From the NCBI GenBank assembly GCA_043228905.1, contig JBHGNT010000006.1, positions 7,006,001 to 7,070,000 on the forward strand: 64,000 bases of DNA, read 5' to 3'. The stretch comes from Azolla caroliniana. Lineage: Eukaryota > Plantae > Polypodiophyta. Below are positions 25,001-36,700 of this stretch, piece after piece; the first letter of the stretch is position 1; each line of letters starts with the position of its first letter. A program made the translations under genes and the position numbers. A model generated the notes under the pieces. The model did no database searches. It was not told the DNA's origin and was given only the letters and a program-made list of their open reading frames with translations.

Positions 25001-25842
25001 TCGGCTTTGTGTTGCCGACAAACTGCAAGATGAATGTTAAGCAATGCCCAAGTGGGGAGAAAGAAAAGGTTGAGATGAGGAAAGTACCATATGCATCGGC
25101 CGTCGATAGTTTAATGTATGATATGGTCTGTACGAGACTAGACATACCATTTGTTGTGGGGGTAGTAAGCTGATACATGAGTAATCCAGGTAAAGAACAT
25201 TGGGCAATTGTCAAATGGATAGTTAGGTACTTAAAAGGCACATTGGGGGTATGCCTTAGGTATGGTGTCGAAAAACCGATGCTGTAAGGTTTTACCGATT
25301 CGGACATGGCAGGGGATGTAGACTCAAGTCGATCCACGTCAGGATACATGGTGACCTGTGCAGGGGGAGCAATGTTGTGGCAGTCAAGACTACAAAAGTT
25401 TGTGGCCATATCTAACAATCGACAACAATTCGGTTCGATTTGAGAGGGTCCAAAGTGAACTGTTTAAAAAAAATTTAACCTAAATCGAACCGAACCGAAC
25501 CGTTAAACAATTTTCAAACCATTAAATCATAAAAACCGTGGTTTCATGGTTCGGTTTTGGTTTTCAACATAGGTCAAATTTTTAATTTTTAATTTTTAAT
25601 TTTTTAAAATTTATAATATTTCATTATTTAAGAATTTTAAGATGTTCCTAAAATGTGAGAATAAGGTCTAAAAATGAAAAAGATTGTTTTAAAACAAATT
25701 TTTAAATTTTTTACAATTTTCTTTTTAAAAATTAAAAATTAAAATAATAATAATAATAACCCGTTAAACCGTTTAAACTGCGGTTTCTAGCTGTTAAAAC
25801 CAAACCGTTGAAATCGTTAAGCCGCAGTTTCGCGGTTCAATT

Positions 25843-28800
25843 TGTTGGGATGTTACGGTCCCTCCGGATGGGATGTCCGGAGATGAATGACGGCAAGCCC
25901 GGTTGCGGTTACGGAACCGGAGGATGAAGAGTACCCGGCTACGGAGCCGGATGATGTAAGACCCGGCTACGGAGCCGGATGTTGAAGACCCGGCATGAAG
26001 CCGGATGAAGAGTACCCGGCTACGGAGCCGGATGATGTTGAAGACCCGGCTACGGAGCCGGATGATGAAGACCCGGCTACGGGGCCGGATGATGAAGACC
26101 CGGCTACGGAGCCGGATGATGTATGTACCCGGAGAGAGATCTGGATGCGGGGACATATTTGTGAATATGTTTGCCAAGGGCCCTTGTGGCTATATTTGTA
26201 AATAGCCGGAAAGTCATATGTGTATAAATATGACTTAGGGCAAACAGTTTTATGTTGCTGCTCATTTTCTGTTTTTCACTTAGAGGGAGCGAAGTGAGAG
26301 CAGCCGAGAGAGAGAGAGAGAGAGAAACGAGGAGGTCGTTGCCTCTGTGTATTACCGCCGCCTGTGGCGAGGACAGCGAGCTCAAGGTCGTCGCCTTGCA
26401 GCTCGCCATTGTATACTTCTCTGTATAGTGTTGGTTTGGAGTCTTGTACTCCCGTGGTTTTTCCCGTTTAGGGTTTTCCACGTTAATCCCTGTGTTATCG
26501 TGTCTTTCTCTGTATTTCCTATTTTCTGCTGCATTGATTTGTGATTTCTCGGTTGTGGCCGAACGGTGAAGGCGAATCCGAAGCGTGGATTCCCAACAAA
26601 GTGGTATCAGAGCGACGGCAGTGCAGAAAATGGAAGGCGGCAGCAGCGGGCAGCCGGGGATGATGGTGCTGAATGCGCAGAACTACGCCGACTGGAAGAT
26701 CAAGATGGAGGATCTTCTGATTGTTCGGGACCTGTACGAACCGATTGACAGGTCGGAAATACCGAAGGGGGTACTTGAGACGGAATGGAGGCTTCTGAAC
26801 CGGAAAGCCGTTGCAACCATCCGGCAATACGTCGACGTGAGCGTTCTACAACATGTGGCGAACGACACCAACGCATACGAGATGTGGCGGAAGCTGTCGG
26901 GCCTCTACGAGAGGAAGAATGCGTTGAACCGGACCTCCCTGATGAGGAAGATAGTGAACCTCAAGTACCGGGACGGCGAGAGCATGGTGGAACACGTAAG
27001 CACGTTCATGGGATTCGTGAACCAGCTTGCGGCGATCAAGTTCCCGTTGGAGGATGCAATGCAAGCCATCATCTTGATGTGTACATTGCCGGAAAGCTGG
27101 GAGAACTTGGTGGTGACTCTCAGCACCTCCTGCACCGAAGATAACTTGTCTCTACAAACGGTAAAGACAAGTATTTTGAACGAAGAAGCGCGTCGGAGAG
27201 ATAAAGAACCGGCCTCCGACCCGAAGGCGCTGCTTACCGAATCGGATCGGGGAAGACAATGGAACCGGAGTCCGCAAAGACGGGAGAAGTCGGGGACCCG
27301 GTCGCAGTCAAGAGGAAGGCCCACATGCTTCCACTGTGGGAAGCCGGGGCACTTCCGGAAGAATTGTCGGCATTACCGAAAAGACAACGGAGCCGACGAC
27401 ACCGATTCGAAGAAGTCACCGGAGAGAAACGGTGCATACCGGGGAGCCACGGACCGGAGAGGTTCGGATCGGCGAGGGCAGGACCGGAAAGGAACGACGG
27501 CACTCGCGGCAAGTGAGGAAGAAATCATGCTCATTACCGAAGAGAGGGAGCTGAACCTTGCCGGAGAAGAGACGACCTGGGTGGTCGATTCCGGAGCGTC
27601 GTTCCACCTGACCCCGGAGAAGAAATACTTCTCATCCTACACAGCCGGTGAGCATGGCTGTGTCCGGATGGGAAATGAAGGTACATGCCGGATTGCCGGC
27701 ATAGGAGACGTGTGGCTGATGACATCAACCGGATGCAAAATGCTGCTGAAGGATGTCCGACACGTTCCGGAGGTTCGATTGAACCTGATTTCGGCCGGGA
27801 GGCTAGACGATGAAGGCTACACAGGTAGCATCCGGAACGGCGTAATGAAGTTCAGCAAGGGGAGCTTGATAGTAGCTCGGGCCCGGAAAGTCAACACACT
27901 GTACCTGATGAATGCCCGGTTGTGTCCGGAAGAGTTGAACGTGGCAGCCGACACTGCCGGTGAGCTGTGGCACAAGAGGCTGTGCCACATGAGTGAGAAG
28001 GGGATGAAGAGGCTTGCAGAAGACAACCTTATTCCAGTGAAGCATGTGCACCTGGAGAAGTGCACCGACTGCCTGGCCGGTAAGCAAAACCGGACCTCCT
28101 TCCACTCAAGGCCACCGACGAGACGTAGTGCACCATTGGAGCTGGTGCACACTGACGTGTGTCAAGTAGAAACGAAGTCACATGGCGGAGCCCAGTACTT
28201 CGTGACATTCATTGATGACCACAGCCGGAAGCTGTGGACGGCACCGTTGAAGACAAAGGACCAAGTATTGTCCGTCTTCAAAGAACTCCACGCGAGAGTG
28301 GAAAGAGAATCCGGCAAGAAGCTGAAAGCGATACGAGCGGATAACGGAGGAGAATACCGAGGGCAATTTGAGGAGTATTGCCGTTCGATGGGAATCCGGC
28401 TCGAGTTTACCGTGCCGAAGACGCCGGAACTGAACGGGCTGGCCGAGAGGATGAACCGGACCATAATGGAGAGGGTCCGGAGTATGCTGGCGCATGCGAA
28501 ATTACCCAAGGGGTTTTGGGCTGAGGCAATGTCGACGGCGACATATGTGATAAATAGATCACCCTCAGTACCTTTGGACGGAGACACGCCGCAGAAAGTG
28601 TGGACCGGTAAGGAAGTGTCCTACCGGCACCTGAAGGTGTTCGGGTGTCTCGCATACGTGCATGTGGCAAAGGACCGGAGAGGAAAGCTAGATCCAAAGA
28701 CCCGGCCATGCATATTCCTCGGTTACGGCAACGACGAGTTCGGCTACCGAGTATGGGACCCGGTCGACAAGAAGATATTCAGGAGTCGAGATATCATCTT

Positions 28801-31497
28801 CATGGAGGACAAGACACTCGCCGACTGGCAGTCGGAGAAGAAGATGAAGAGCTCCAAGTCGACCGGTGAGGATCAACTCTACAAGGAGCAGTCCCGACCG
28901 GCAAGAGACCGGTTAGCACTCGAGGATCCGGCCGAAGACGGTGAAGAATCAGAACCGGCCGAAGAAGACGAAAATGATACCGGAACCGGCCCCGATCCCG
29001 AAATGGATTCGGATGAAGAAGAATCGGAAGAACCGGTTACAGAAGCTCCGGAACGGAGATATCCTCTAAGAGAGAGAAGGGCCCCCCGGAGATTTCCGGA
29101 ACCAGAGCACGTGCTGCTAACCGACGAGGGGGAGCCGGAGAATTTTGAAGAAGCAGAGCTTGACACACATAGCCGCAGGTGGTTAAGTGCCATGCAGGAG
29201 GAGATGGATTCCCTGCATGAGAACCACACATATGAACTTGTGGAGTTGCCGAAAGGAAAGCTGGCACTTCGAAACAAGTGGGTGTTCAAGCTGAAACCGG
29301 GAGATGCCGGAAACCCCCCGAGATACAAAGCCAGGATCGTGGTGAAGGGGTTCCAGCAGAAGAAGGGCGTCGACTTCGACGAGATATTTGCCCCGGTAGT
29401 GAAGATGACCTCCATCCGGACGGTGCTGAGCATAGCGGCAAGCATGGACCTCGAGGTAGAACAGATGGACGTGAAGACGGCATTCCTTCACGGTGACCTC
29501 GAAGAAGAGATCTACATGCAGCAACCGGAAGGATTCGAGAAGAAAGGGAAGGAGCACCTGGTATGCCGGTTGAAGAAGAGCCTCTACGGTCTGAAGCAGG
29601 CTCCCCGGCAGTGGTACCGGAAGTTCGACTCCTTCATGACCGACGAAGGGTACCACAAAACGCAGTCCGATCACTGCGTGTTTGTGAAGAAGTTCGAAGG
29701 AGGAGACTTTCTAATACTCCTCCTGTACGTGGACGACATGTTGATCGTCGGACGGGACCAGGTCAAGATACGGATGCTGAAGAAGGCTCTTCACCGAACC
29801 TTCTCAATGAAGGACCTGGGTCCGGCGAGGCAAATACTAGGGATGCACATCATCCGGGACCGGAAGAAGAAGCAGTTGTGGTTGTCACAGGAGAAGTACG
29901 TGACAAAGGTGCTTCACCGGTTCAACATGTCGGAAGCAAGGCCGGTCGGATCGACCCTCCCGGCAAACTGCAAGCTGTCCAGGAAGCAAAGCCCCAAGAC
30001 AAAGGCTGAGAAGGAGGACATGATGAAAGTACCATATGCCTCTGCCGTCGGAAGCTTGATGTACGCAATGGTGTGTACAAGACCGGACATAGGATATGCA
30101 GTTGGAGTGGTGAGCCGGTACATGAGCAATCCCGGCAAAGAGCATTGGAACGCGGTCAAATGGATACTCCGATACCTGAAGGGCACGGCAAACATGTGCC
30201 TCCGATTCGGCTCCGGTAAGCCCGAACTCGATGGATTTACCGATTCGGATATGTCGGCTGATGCAGATACCAGCCGGTCCACATCAGGGTATGTGATGAC
30301 ATACGCAGGGGGAGCTGTTTCATGGCAGTCGAGGCTGCAGAAGACGGTTGCACTGTCAACCACGGAGGCGGAGTACATGGCGGCTGTTGAAGCCGGCAAG
30401 GAAATAATATGGATGAAGGACTTCATTAGAGAGCTCGGTATCCGGCAGGAGGAGTACCGACTCTACTGCGACAGTCAGAGTGCCATCCACCTTGCGAAGA
30501 ACGCGGCCTATCACTCCCGGACGAAGCACATCCAGCGAAGATATCACTGGATCCGGGAAATGATAGAAGACAAGGAGTTCGTGCTGACGAAGATCCACAC
30601 GGACGAGAACGGGTCGGATATGCTGACTAAGGTCCTTACACCCGACAAGCTGGAAGCATGCCGGAAGAGGATCGGATTGGAGAGACATCCCATGCCGAAG
30701 TGAAGGGGGAGTTTGTTGGGATGTTACGGTCCCTCCGGATGGGATGTCCGGAGATGAATGACGGCAAGCCCGGTTGCGGTTACGGAACCGGAGGATGAAG
30801 AGTACCCGGCTACGGAGCCGGATGATGTAAGACCCGGCTACGGAGCCGGATGATGTAAGACCCGGCTACGGAGCCGGATGTTGAAGACCCGGCATGAAGC
30901 CGGATGAAGAGTACCCGGCTACGGAGCCGGATGATGTTGAAGACCCGGCTACGGAGCCGGATGATGAAGACCCGGCTACGGGGCCGGATGATGAAGACCC
31001 GGCTACGGAGCCGGATGATGTATGTACCCGGAGAGAGATCTGGATGCGGGGACATATTTGTGAATATGTTTGCCAAGGGCCCTTGTGGCTATATTTGTAA
31101 ATAGCCGGAAAGTCATATGTGTATAAATATGACTTAGGGCAAACAGTTTTATGTTGCTGCTCATTTTCTGTTTTTCACTTAGAGGGAGCGAAGTGAGAGC
31201 AGCCGAGAGAGAGAGAGAGAGAGAAACGAGGAGGTCGTTGCCTCTGTGTATTACCGCCGCCTGTGGCGAGGACAGCGAGCTCAAGGTCGTCGCCTTGCAG
31301 CTCGCCATTGTATACTTCTCTGTATAGTGTTGGTTTGGAGTCTTGTACTCCCGTGGTTTTTCCCATTTAGGGTTTTCCACGTTAATCCCTGTGTTATCGT
31401 GTCTTTCTCTGTATTTCCTATTTTCTGCTGCATTGATTTGTGATTTCTCGGTTGTGGCCGAACGGTGAAGGCGAATCCGAAGCGTGGATTCCCAACA
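25843..31497 (+). mobile_element. Intact, very young Ty1/copia LTR retrotransposon (5655 bp)
   Basis: LTRs 25843-26598 and 30714-31497. TSD CAATT at 25838-25842 and 31498-31502. PBS 26602-26613, PPT ~30702-30711, single open polyprotein. Confidence 0.99.
26630..30703 (+). CDS. Copia Gag-Pol polyprotein (gag, protease, integrase, RT, RNase H)
   Basis: First ATG after the PBS is at 26630. CCHC knuckle, DSGAS, HHCC (WHKRLCH, CTDC), integrase D-D-E, YVDD, FTDSD/EAEY/CDSQSA. No stops. Confidence 0.98.
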   Translation: MEGGSSGQPGMMVLNAQNYADWKIKMEDLLIVRDLYEPIDRSEIPKGVLETEWRLLNRKAVATIRQYVDVSVLQHVANDTNAYEMWRKLSGLYERKNALNRTSLMRKIVNLKYRDGESMVEHVSTFMGFVNQLAAIKFPLEDAMQAIILMCTLPESWENLVVTLSTSCTEDNLSLQTVKTSILNEEARRRDKEPASDPKALLTESDRGRQWNRSPQRREKSGTRSQSRGRPTCFHCGKPGHFRKNCRHYRKDNGADDTDSKKSPERNGAYRGATDRRGSDRRGQDRKGTTALAASEEEIMLITEERELNLAGEETTWVVDSGASFHLTPEKKYFSSYTAGEHGCVRMGNEGTCRIAGIGDVWLMTSTGCKMLLKDVRHVPEVRLNLISAGRLDDEGYTGSIRNGVMKFSKGSLIVARARKVNTLYLMNARLCPEELNVAADTAGELWHKRLCHMSEKGMKRLAEDNLIPVKHVHLEKCTDCLAGKQNRTSFHSRPPTRRSAPLELVHTDVCQVETKSHGGAQYFVTFIDDHSRKLWTAPLKTKDQVLSVFKELHARVERESGKKLKAIRADNGGEYRGQFEEYCRSMGIRLEFTVPKTPELNGLAERMNRTIMERVRSMLAHAKLPKGFWAEAMSTATYVINRSPSVPLDGDTPQKVWTGKEVSYRHLKVFGCLAYVHVAKDRRGKLDPKTRPCIFLGYGNDEFGYRVWDPVDKKIFRSRDIIFMEDKTLADWQSEKKMKSSKSTGEDQLYKEQSRPARDRLALEDPAEDGEESEPAEEDENDTGTGPDPEMDSDEEESEEPVTEAPERRYPLRERRAPRRFPEPEHVLLTDEGEPENFEEAELDTHSRRWLSAMQEEMDSLHENHTYELVELPKGKLALRNKWVFKLKPGDAGNPPRYKARIVVKGFQQKKGVDFDEIFAPVVKMTSIRTVLSIAASMDLEVEQMDVKTAFLHGDLEEEIYMQQPEGFEKKGKEHLVCRLKKSLYGLKQAPRQWYRKFDSFMTDEGYHKTQSDHCVFVKKFEGGDFLILLLYVDDMLIVGRDQVKIRMLKKALHRTFSMKDLGPARQILGMHIIRDRKKKQLWLSQEKYVTKVLHRFNMSEARPVGSTLPANCKLSRKQSPKTKAEKEDMMKVPYASAVGSLMYAMVCTRPDIGYAVGVVSRYMSNPGKEHWNAVKWILRYLKGTANMCLRFGSGKPELDGFTDSDMSADADTSRSTSGYVMTYAGGAVSWQSRLQKTVALSTTEAEYMAAVEAGKEIIWMKDFIRELGIRQEEYRLYCDSQSAIHLAKNAAYHSRTKHIQRRYHWIREMIEDKEFVLTKIHTDENGSDMLTKVLTPDKLEACRKRIGLERHPMPK

Positions 31498-33782
31498 CAA
31501 TTCGGTTCAAACCGAACCATTGCCAATTGTTAGCCATATCAACCACAGAGGCAGAGTATATGGCAACGGTAAGGCCCAGCAAAGAGCTGATTTAGATGCG
31601 AAACTTTCTAAGGGAGTTGGGGATGCGCAAAGAGAATTATCACTTCATTGTGATAATCAAAGTGCCATACATCTAGCCAAGAATGTTGTGTACCACTCCC
31701 AGACCAAGCATATAAAGAGGAAATATCACTAGTGGCGGGAGAAAGTAGAAGAAGGAGAGTTTACGCTCGTGAAGATTCATACTAATGACAATTGATCTAA
31801 CATGTTGACGAAGAACCTACCTATGGACATATTCCAGTTTGTCGACAAAGGACAGGACTAACTAACCCCACCCATAGGAGTGAAGGGGGAGTTTCTTAAG
31901 AATATGTCCCTCCTATGAGAGGAGCTAACAGTCGAAGATAAGGAGTAGCTGACTGGTCGGGTTGAGAGCCGACAGTTGATGACAAGGAGTTGTCAACATG
32001 GAGAGTCGACAGTATAGTAAGTGATCCAAGTCGAAGACACAACCGACTAGTTGGGCCGACTGGATGGTCGATGACAAGGCCGACTAGTCGGGGCGACTGG
32101 ATAGTCGACACAGGAGTCGGTTGATTAACTGCTATCATTATTAGTATAACGAAACATGGTAGAGAGCAGCACGTGTGCGAGATGGAGAGAGGGTGAGAGA
32201 GTGGCAGCAAAGTTCTGTGAACTTGCCAAGAACCCTAAGGGGTTGTTCTCTGATTATCAGATAGAGTTGTAATTGTTCTCTTGTAATCTTTGTTGTATAG
32301 TGATATATCTTTGTTTCCCATGGTTTTCCTCGTTTAAGGTTTTCACATAAAACTGTGTGCACTATGTATTTCGTCCATTTGTTGTTTTCTATTTCGAGTT
32401 GTATATTTCTATAAATCTTTCTCTCATATCTACGATTCGATCCCTTTAGTATCCTCAAACAATACTTTTGAAGGTAATATCTTTGAGGGATACAATTCAC
32501 CTTTTCCCTACCTTCTCACAAGGTGCCATTGTGGGGAAGTCACATACAAATTGGCTAAGGACAAGTATCAATGGTTCTAACTTCTAAGCATATTAGTACT
32601 AACCATTTCGGTGAACTACTCACTAACTCTTTTTAATGAAAATATTTAATTAAGAAAGTGACAAGCACACTCAATAAACTTTAAACATAAGACTTTATGT
32701 TTTGTACTTGGAGCGCAACCCTCCAGTATGTCATTGGTACTAATGTACTATGAATCAAATATCAATGATAAGCAATGAATATTTAGATAAAGAAAATAAT
32801 GGTTTAAGGGTACTTAACCACACCAACCACCCTCGAGGAAAGGACAAATGATGGAACATAAAATACCGTTAGTGTCTCATACCATTGAATGTTACTTTAT
32901 GTTATACTTTGGATATTGATGCGAACATTTCGTAAAGAAGAGAGCTTTACTTCAATAATAGAGTCTTGATAGTGTCTCAAGATTCTATAATGAAAGGGGC
33001 GGTCACTCGTTACTCACCATGTGTTCCCACATGTCATAGGTCCTTATGGATTTGGACTTTGTCCCAAGTCACTAAGACAATAATATTCTTGAGAATTGGT
33101 TCCTTGAGGTTATGCCTATAAAACAATGCTATTGTCAACATTCTAGAAAAGTATTGGACATGAAACTTATAGCAAGTACCGAACAACAACCGAAATCCAA
33201 TTCATGTTATCTATCGAAATTTCCTCATGCGACAGGATCGACGCATTTATTATTTCTCTAATACAAAGGCCTTCTTGCGATTTAAAAAAAAAGCATTGGG
33301 GGATGTTGTGGTGATTATGTAGCAGTGCAATGGCAATTACAGAGACAATGTCAACAGTATTCTCTCGGGGATGGCAAAAACACGTAGGGGGGTAGGTATT
33401 GTGGGTGATTTGTACAAAAACATATAGGCAATCCGAAGCCGTAGAAACATTCTCGTGCATTCTATAGAAATTTCCTCGTCAATCGCCCAAGGGCCATGGC
33501 GGGATCGATGATGTAGACTCCTCTATCTTGATGAAATTACAATTTATAATCCATTGCTTTTAAGGGGTATTCTGGTAAATTCCAAAAACCAGAGCAGGTG
33601 TATTGAGGTGCTCTGTTTAAATCCATAAGTACTACTTAGAAAAGGCTTTAGAATCTCCCTCCTGACATTCTACGGAATATTCCTCACCGCGACGTGCGGT
33701 AGGATCGAAAGAATTCCCTTCCTAACACTTCTTCTTCCTTCCAGTGGATGGCGGGATACAGGAACAGGAAGAACAGAAAACG

Positions 33783-36700
33783 ATGAAAATGAAGAACCTC
33801 TACTTGCATCTTCCTCACCCCTGTCCATGGCCATGGCCATGGCTATGGCTATGGCTATGGCTGTCAACAATATGTATGTTAAGTGTTGATGCCCACATCC
33901 CAACTACACTGGATGGACCCTTTGAACCCATCACTGTGTCTTTCGATCCTTCTCTTCGCACCGGTAGCGAAGATCTCCCTCACTCCCACCCTCGTCTCGT
34001 GAAGCGGGTTCCCTCCATCTTTCCGGAACAAATCGCCCTTGCTTTATCCAATCCCGATTCCATGTGGATCTCATGGATCACTGGTACGTTCAGTTGTCTA
34101 CAGTATCCAAATTTTAGCTCCAACGAAATTTATAAGCTTCTGCCATAATCAAGGCTGTTTAAATAGCTGGTATGGTACATGTACATGTGTGTTTATGGAT
34201 CACAAAAACATTCATTTTTCATCATTTCCAAAATTTACTTTTATCAAATTGTCATTTATTATTGCCATCATCAACGCTTTGTATTAGCTGACATGATACA
34301 TGTATGTGTATTCACATTTATGAATATATGTGAATGGGACGGCTGTGGATGTATGGATGTGCATGTAGGGTTTATGTATGGATAGATGAATATGTGATGA
34401 ATGTATGGATGTGCATGATGCATGTATATATGGGTGGATGAATATAAATGGATGGCTGTGTATCTATGTTGGAGATGCTTCAATAATGAGCATATGTTAA
34501 CCAAGTTTATCGAGTCAAGTAAAGCATTGCTCATCTTACAAGGATATGGATAACCTAGATAATTAAGTCAATTTAAGGCTAGAAGAGAGTTCATGATGCT
34601 TCTGTTATGCTGTATGTGTAACTGAGTTTACAGATCACATCATAACTAAATTTATGTGCACTTTGCATTTGGGAGGCTTGTTTTTTAAAAGTATGTATAC
34701 CACTGATTATGAAATCAATTAAGGTAAGCCCAGAGATCTGTATTGATTTTGTTGCTTATTCAAGCACTCTCTCATGCGGCTACGTGTCTCTACGATTGCG
34801 GAGTGAAATTAAGCCTAGAGAGAGCCCCATTAGCTGTTAGGCAGGTGTGGCCAGACACAATATGGTGCTATGAATATATGTCGGTCCATACAGTTCTGTT
34901 GTGGATTTTTACTATTCTATGCACTTTGAGGGATAATCTCAAAGATTGTTTTGTTTCCATGACACAGGAGATGCTCAGATTGGACCACAAGTTACACCTC
35001 TTGATCCTACCACTGTCGCTAGTGAGGTTTACTATGGTACTCAAAGTGGTAATTACACAAGTTTTGCAACAGGAACTGCACTAATTTACAACCAAATCTA
35101 TCCCTACGAGGGCTTATTAAACTACACGTCTGGAATCATACATCATGTTCGTCTTGAAGGTTGGTCTCTCTCTCTCTCATGAGTTATAACACATCACTTC
35201 CTCTCTAACTTCAGCATTTTTCTTTCCTTAGCTTACTGAATATCATGTATGACATTATGTCAGCAACTTCATTCTCATAAGTTGTTTGGGCTTTTTTAGA
35301 CATTTTGGTTGTTGTCTTGGATTCCTTTTGCCTTTGTCAATGTGAATATTATATTCACCTCTCTCTCTCTCTGACTTTGTGAGGTTCCCAAACAATGAAG
35401 TGGTATTTGGACTGATGTTACTGGATTAGCTCCTAACACAACATACTTCAATGTTTGTGGATATCATTCTTTACTTGCCTTGAATGAAGAGAAGCAATTC
35501 ACAACATTTCCACATCTCCATTTTGCCATTTATCAATGTGAATATTATATTTCACACACACACACACTCTCTCTCTCAACTTTATGAGGTTCCCGAACAA
35601 TGAAATGGCATTTGGACTGATGTACAGGATTAGCTCCTAACACAACATACTTCTATGTTTGTGGAGATCATTCTTTACATGCCTTGAGTGAAGAGAAGCA
35701 ATTCACAACATTTCCACAGCCTGGTGCAGTGGCTGCCGATAATGACTACCCATCAAGAATCGCCTTTGTGGGGGATCTTGGTCTTACTTTTAATTCATCC
35801 ACCACTTTCGATCATATCCAAAGAAACAATCCCTCCTTACTACTCCTGGTAGGAGATTTAAGCTATGCCAATAATTATATTACTACTGGGGTCAGAGGAG
35901 CACGATGTTACAGCTGCACATTTCCTGATACACCTATCCATGAGACGTATCAACCTCATTGGGATGCTTGGGGAAGGTATTGTAATTTCCAACCTCATTA
36001 ATTTTCGTTAGAGTAATATGTGTATTGAGGTGATCGAACCTTCACATTTATTATTTTGAGAAGGTATTTAGCTTTGTTGCAATACTTGTACATACAGTTC
36101 ATGCCATATGATGCCTTACGTTGATTGTTTTGGGGAGAGATTTTGATTGTTATTCACATTAGTAGAAGTTGTACATATCTATAGATTAATAGAGCTTTTG
36201 CATCAATTATTTTGGGAAGTTATTTTGTTTTTGTTGTAAGTTATTAAAGGCGCATACTATATGGAACCTTAATATTGATTATTTTTCGAAGTTATTTGCT
36301 TTCTTTTGGTACTTCCACACAATTGTTCATGAAGCCTTTGCATTTTGCTTTGGCAAGTCATTTGCCTTGTAGGGTCATGGAGCCTTTATATTGATTGCTT
36401 TGGCAGTTATTATCCTTGTAGGGTAGAGCCATGGAGCCTTTGTATTGGTTTTTTGAGAAGTTACATTTTTCCTTATAGCATACTTGTAAATAATTATAGG
36501 TTCATGGAGCCTTTAACATCACACGTGCCAATGATGGTCATCGAAGGTAACCATGAAATAGAACCACAAGCAGGAAATGTCACATTTGCTTCCTACAAAG
36601 CTAGATTTGCCGTTCCAGGACAGGAGAGTAACTCGAGCACTAGTTTGTATTACTCATTCGATGCAGGTGGTATTCATTTTATCATGCTCGGTGGCTACAT

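Larger units (their letters stand above)
25413..31532. mobile_element. Non-autonomous hAT element (~460 bp net), interrupted by the young copia
   Basis: 8-bp TSD GCCATATC at 25405-25412 and 31533-31540. Degenerate 23-bp TIRs TAACAAT...TTCGGTT (18/23). AACCG/CGGTT subterminal motifs and an AT-rich core. Confidence 0.88.
10790..32461 (+). mobile_element. Old copia (INT linker, RT, RNase H, PPT, 3' LTR) split into three pieces by nested insertions
   Basis: Pieces ~10790-11837, 24877-25412 and 31533-32461 rejoin: AMKDLVP|TKQILGM and FVAIS|TTEAEY. LYVDNML and CDNQSAIHL motifs present. PPT GAAGGGGGAG at ~31882. Degenerate LTR ~31894-32461. Many stops. Confidence 0.9.

Noticed and set aside
27803-30688. 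Long antisense ORFs within the intact copia
   Set aside because: Expected in GC-rich coding DNA; no recognisable domains.
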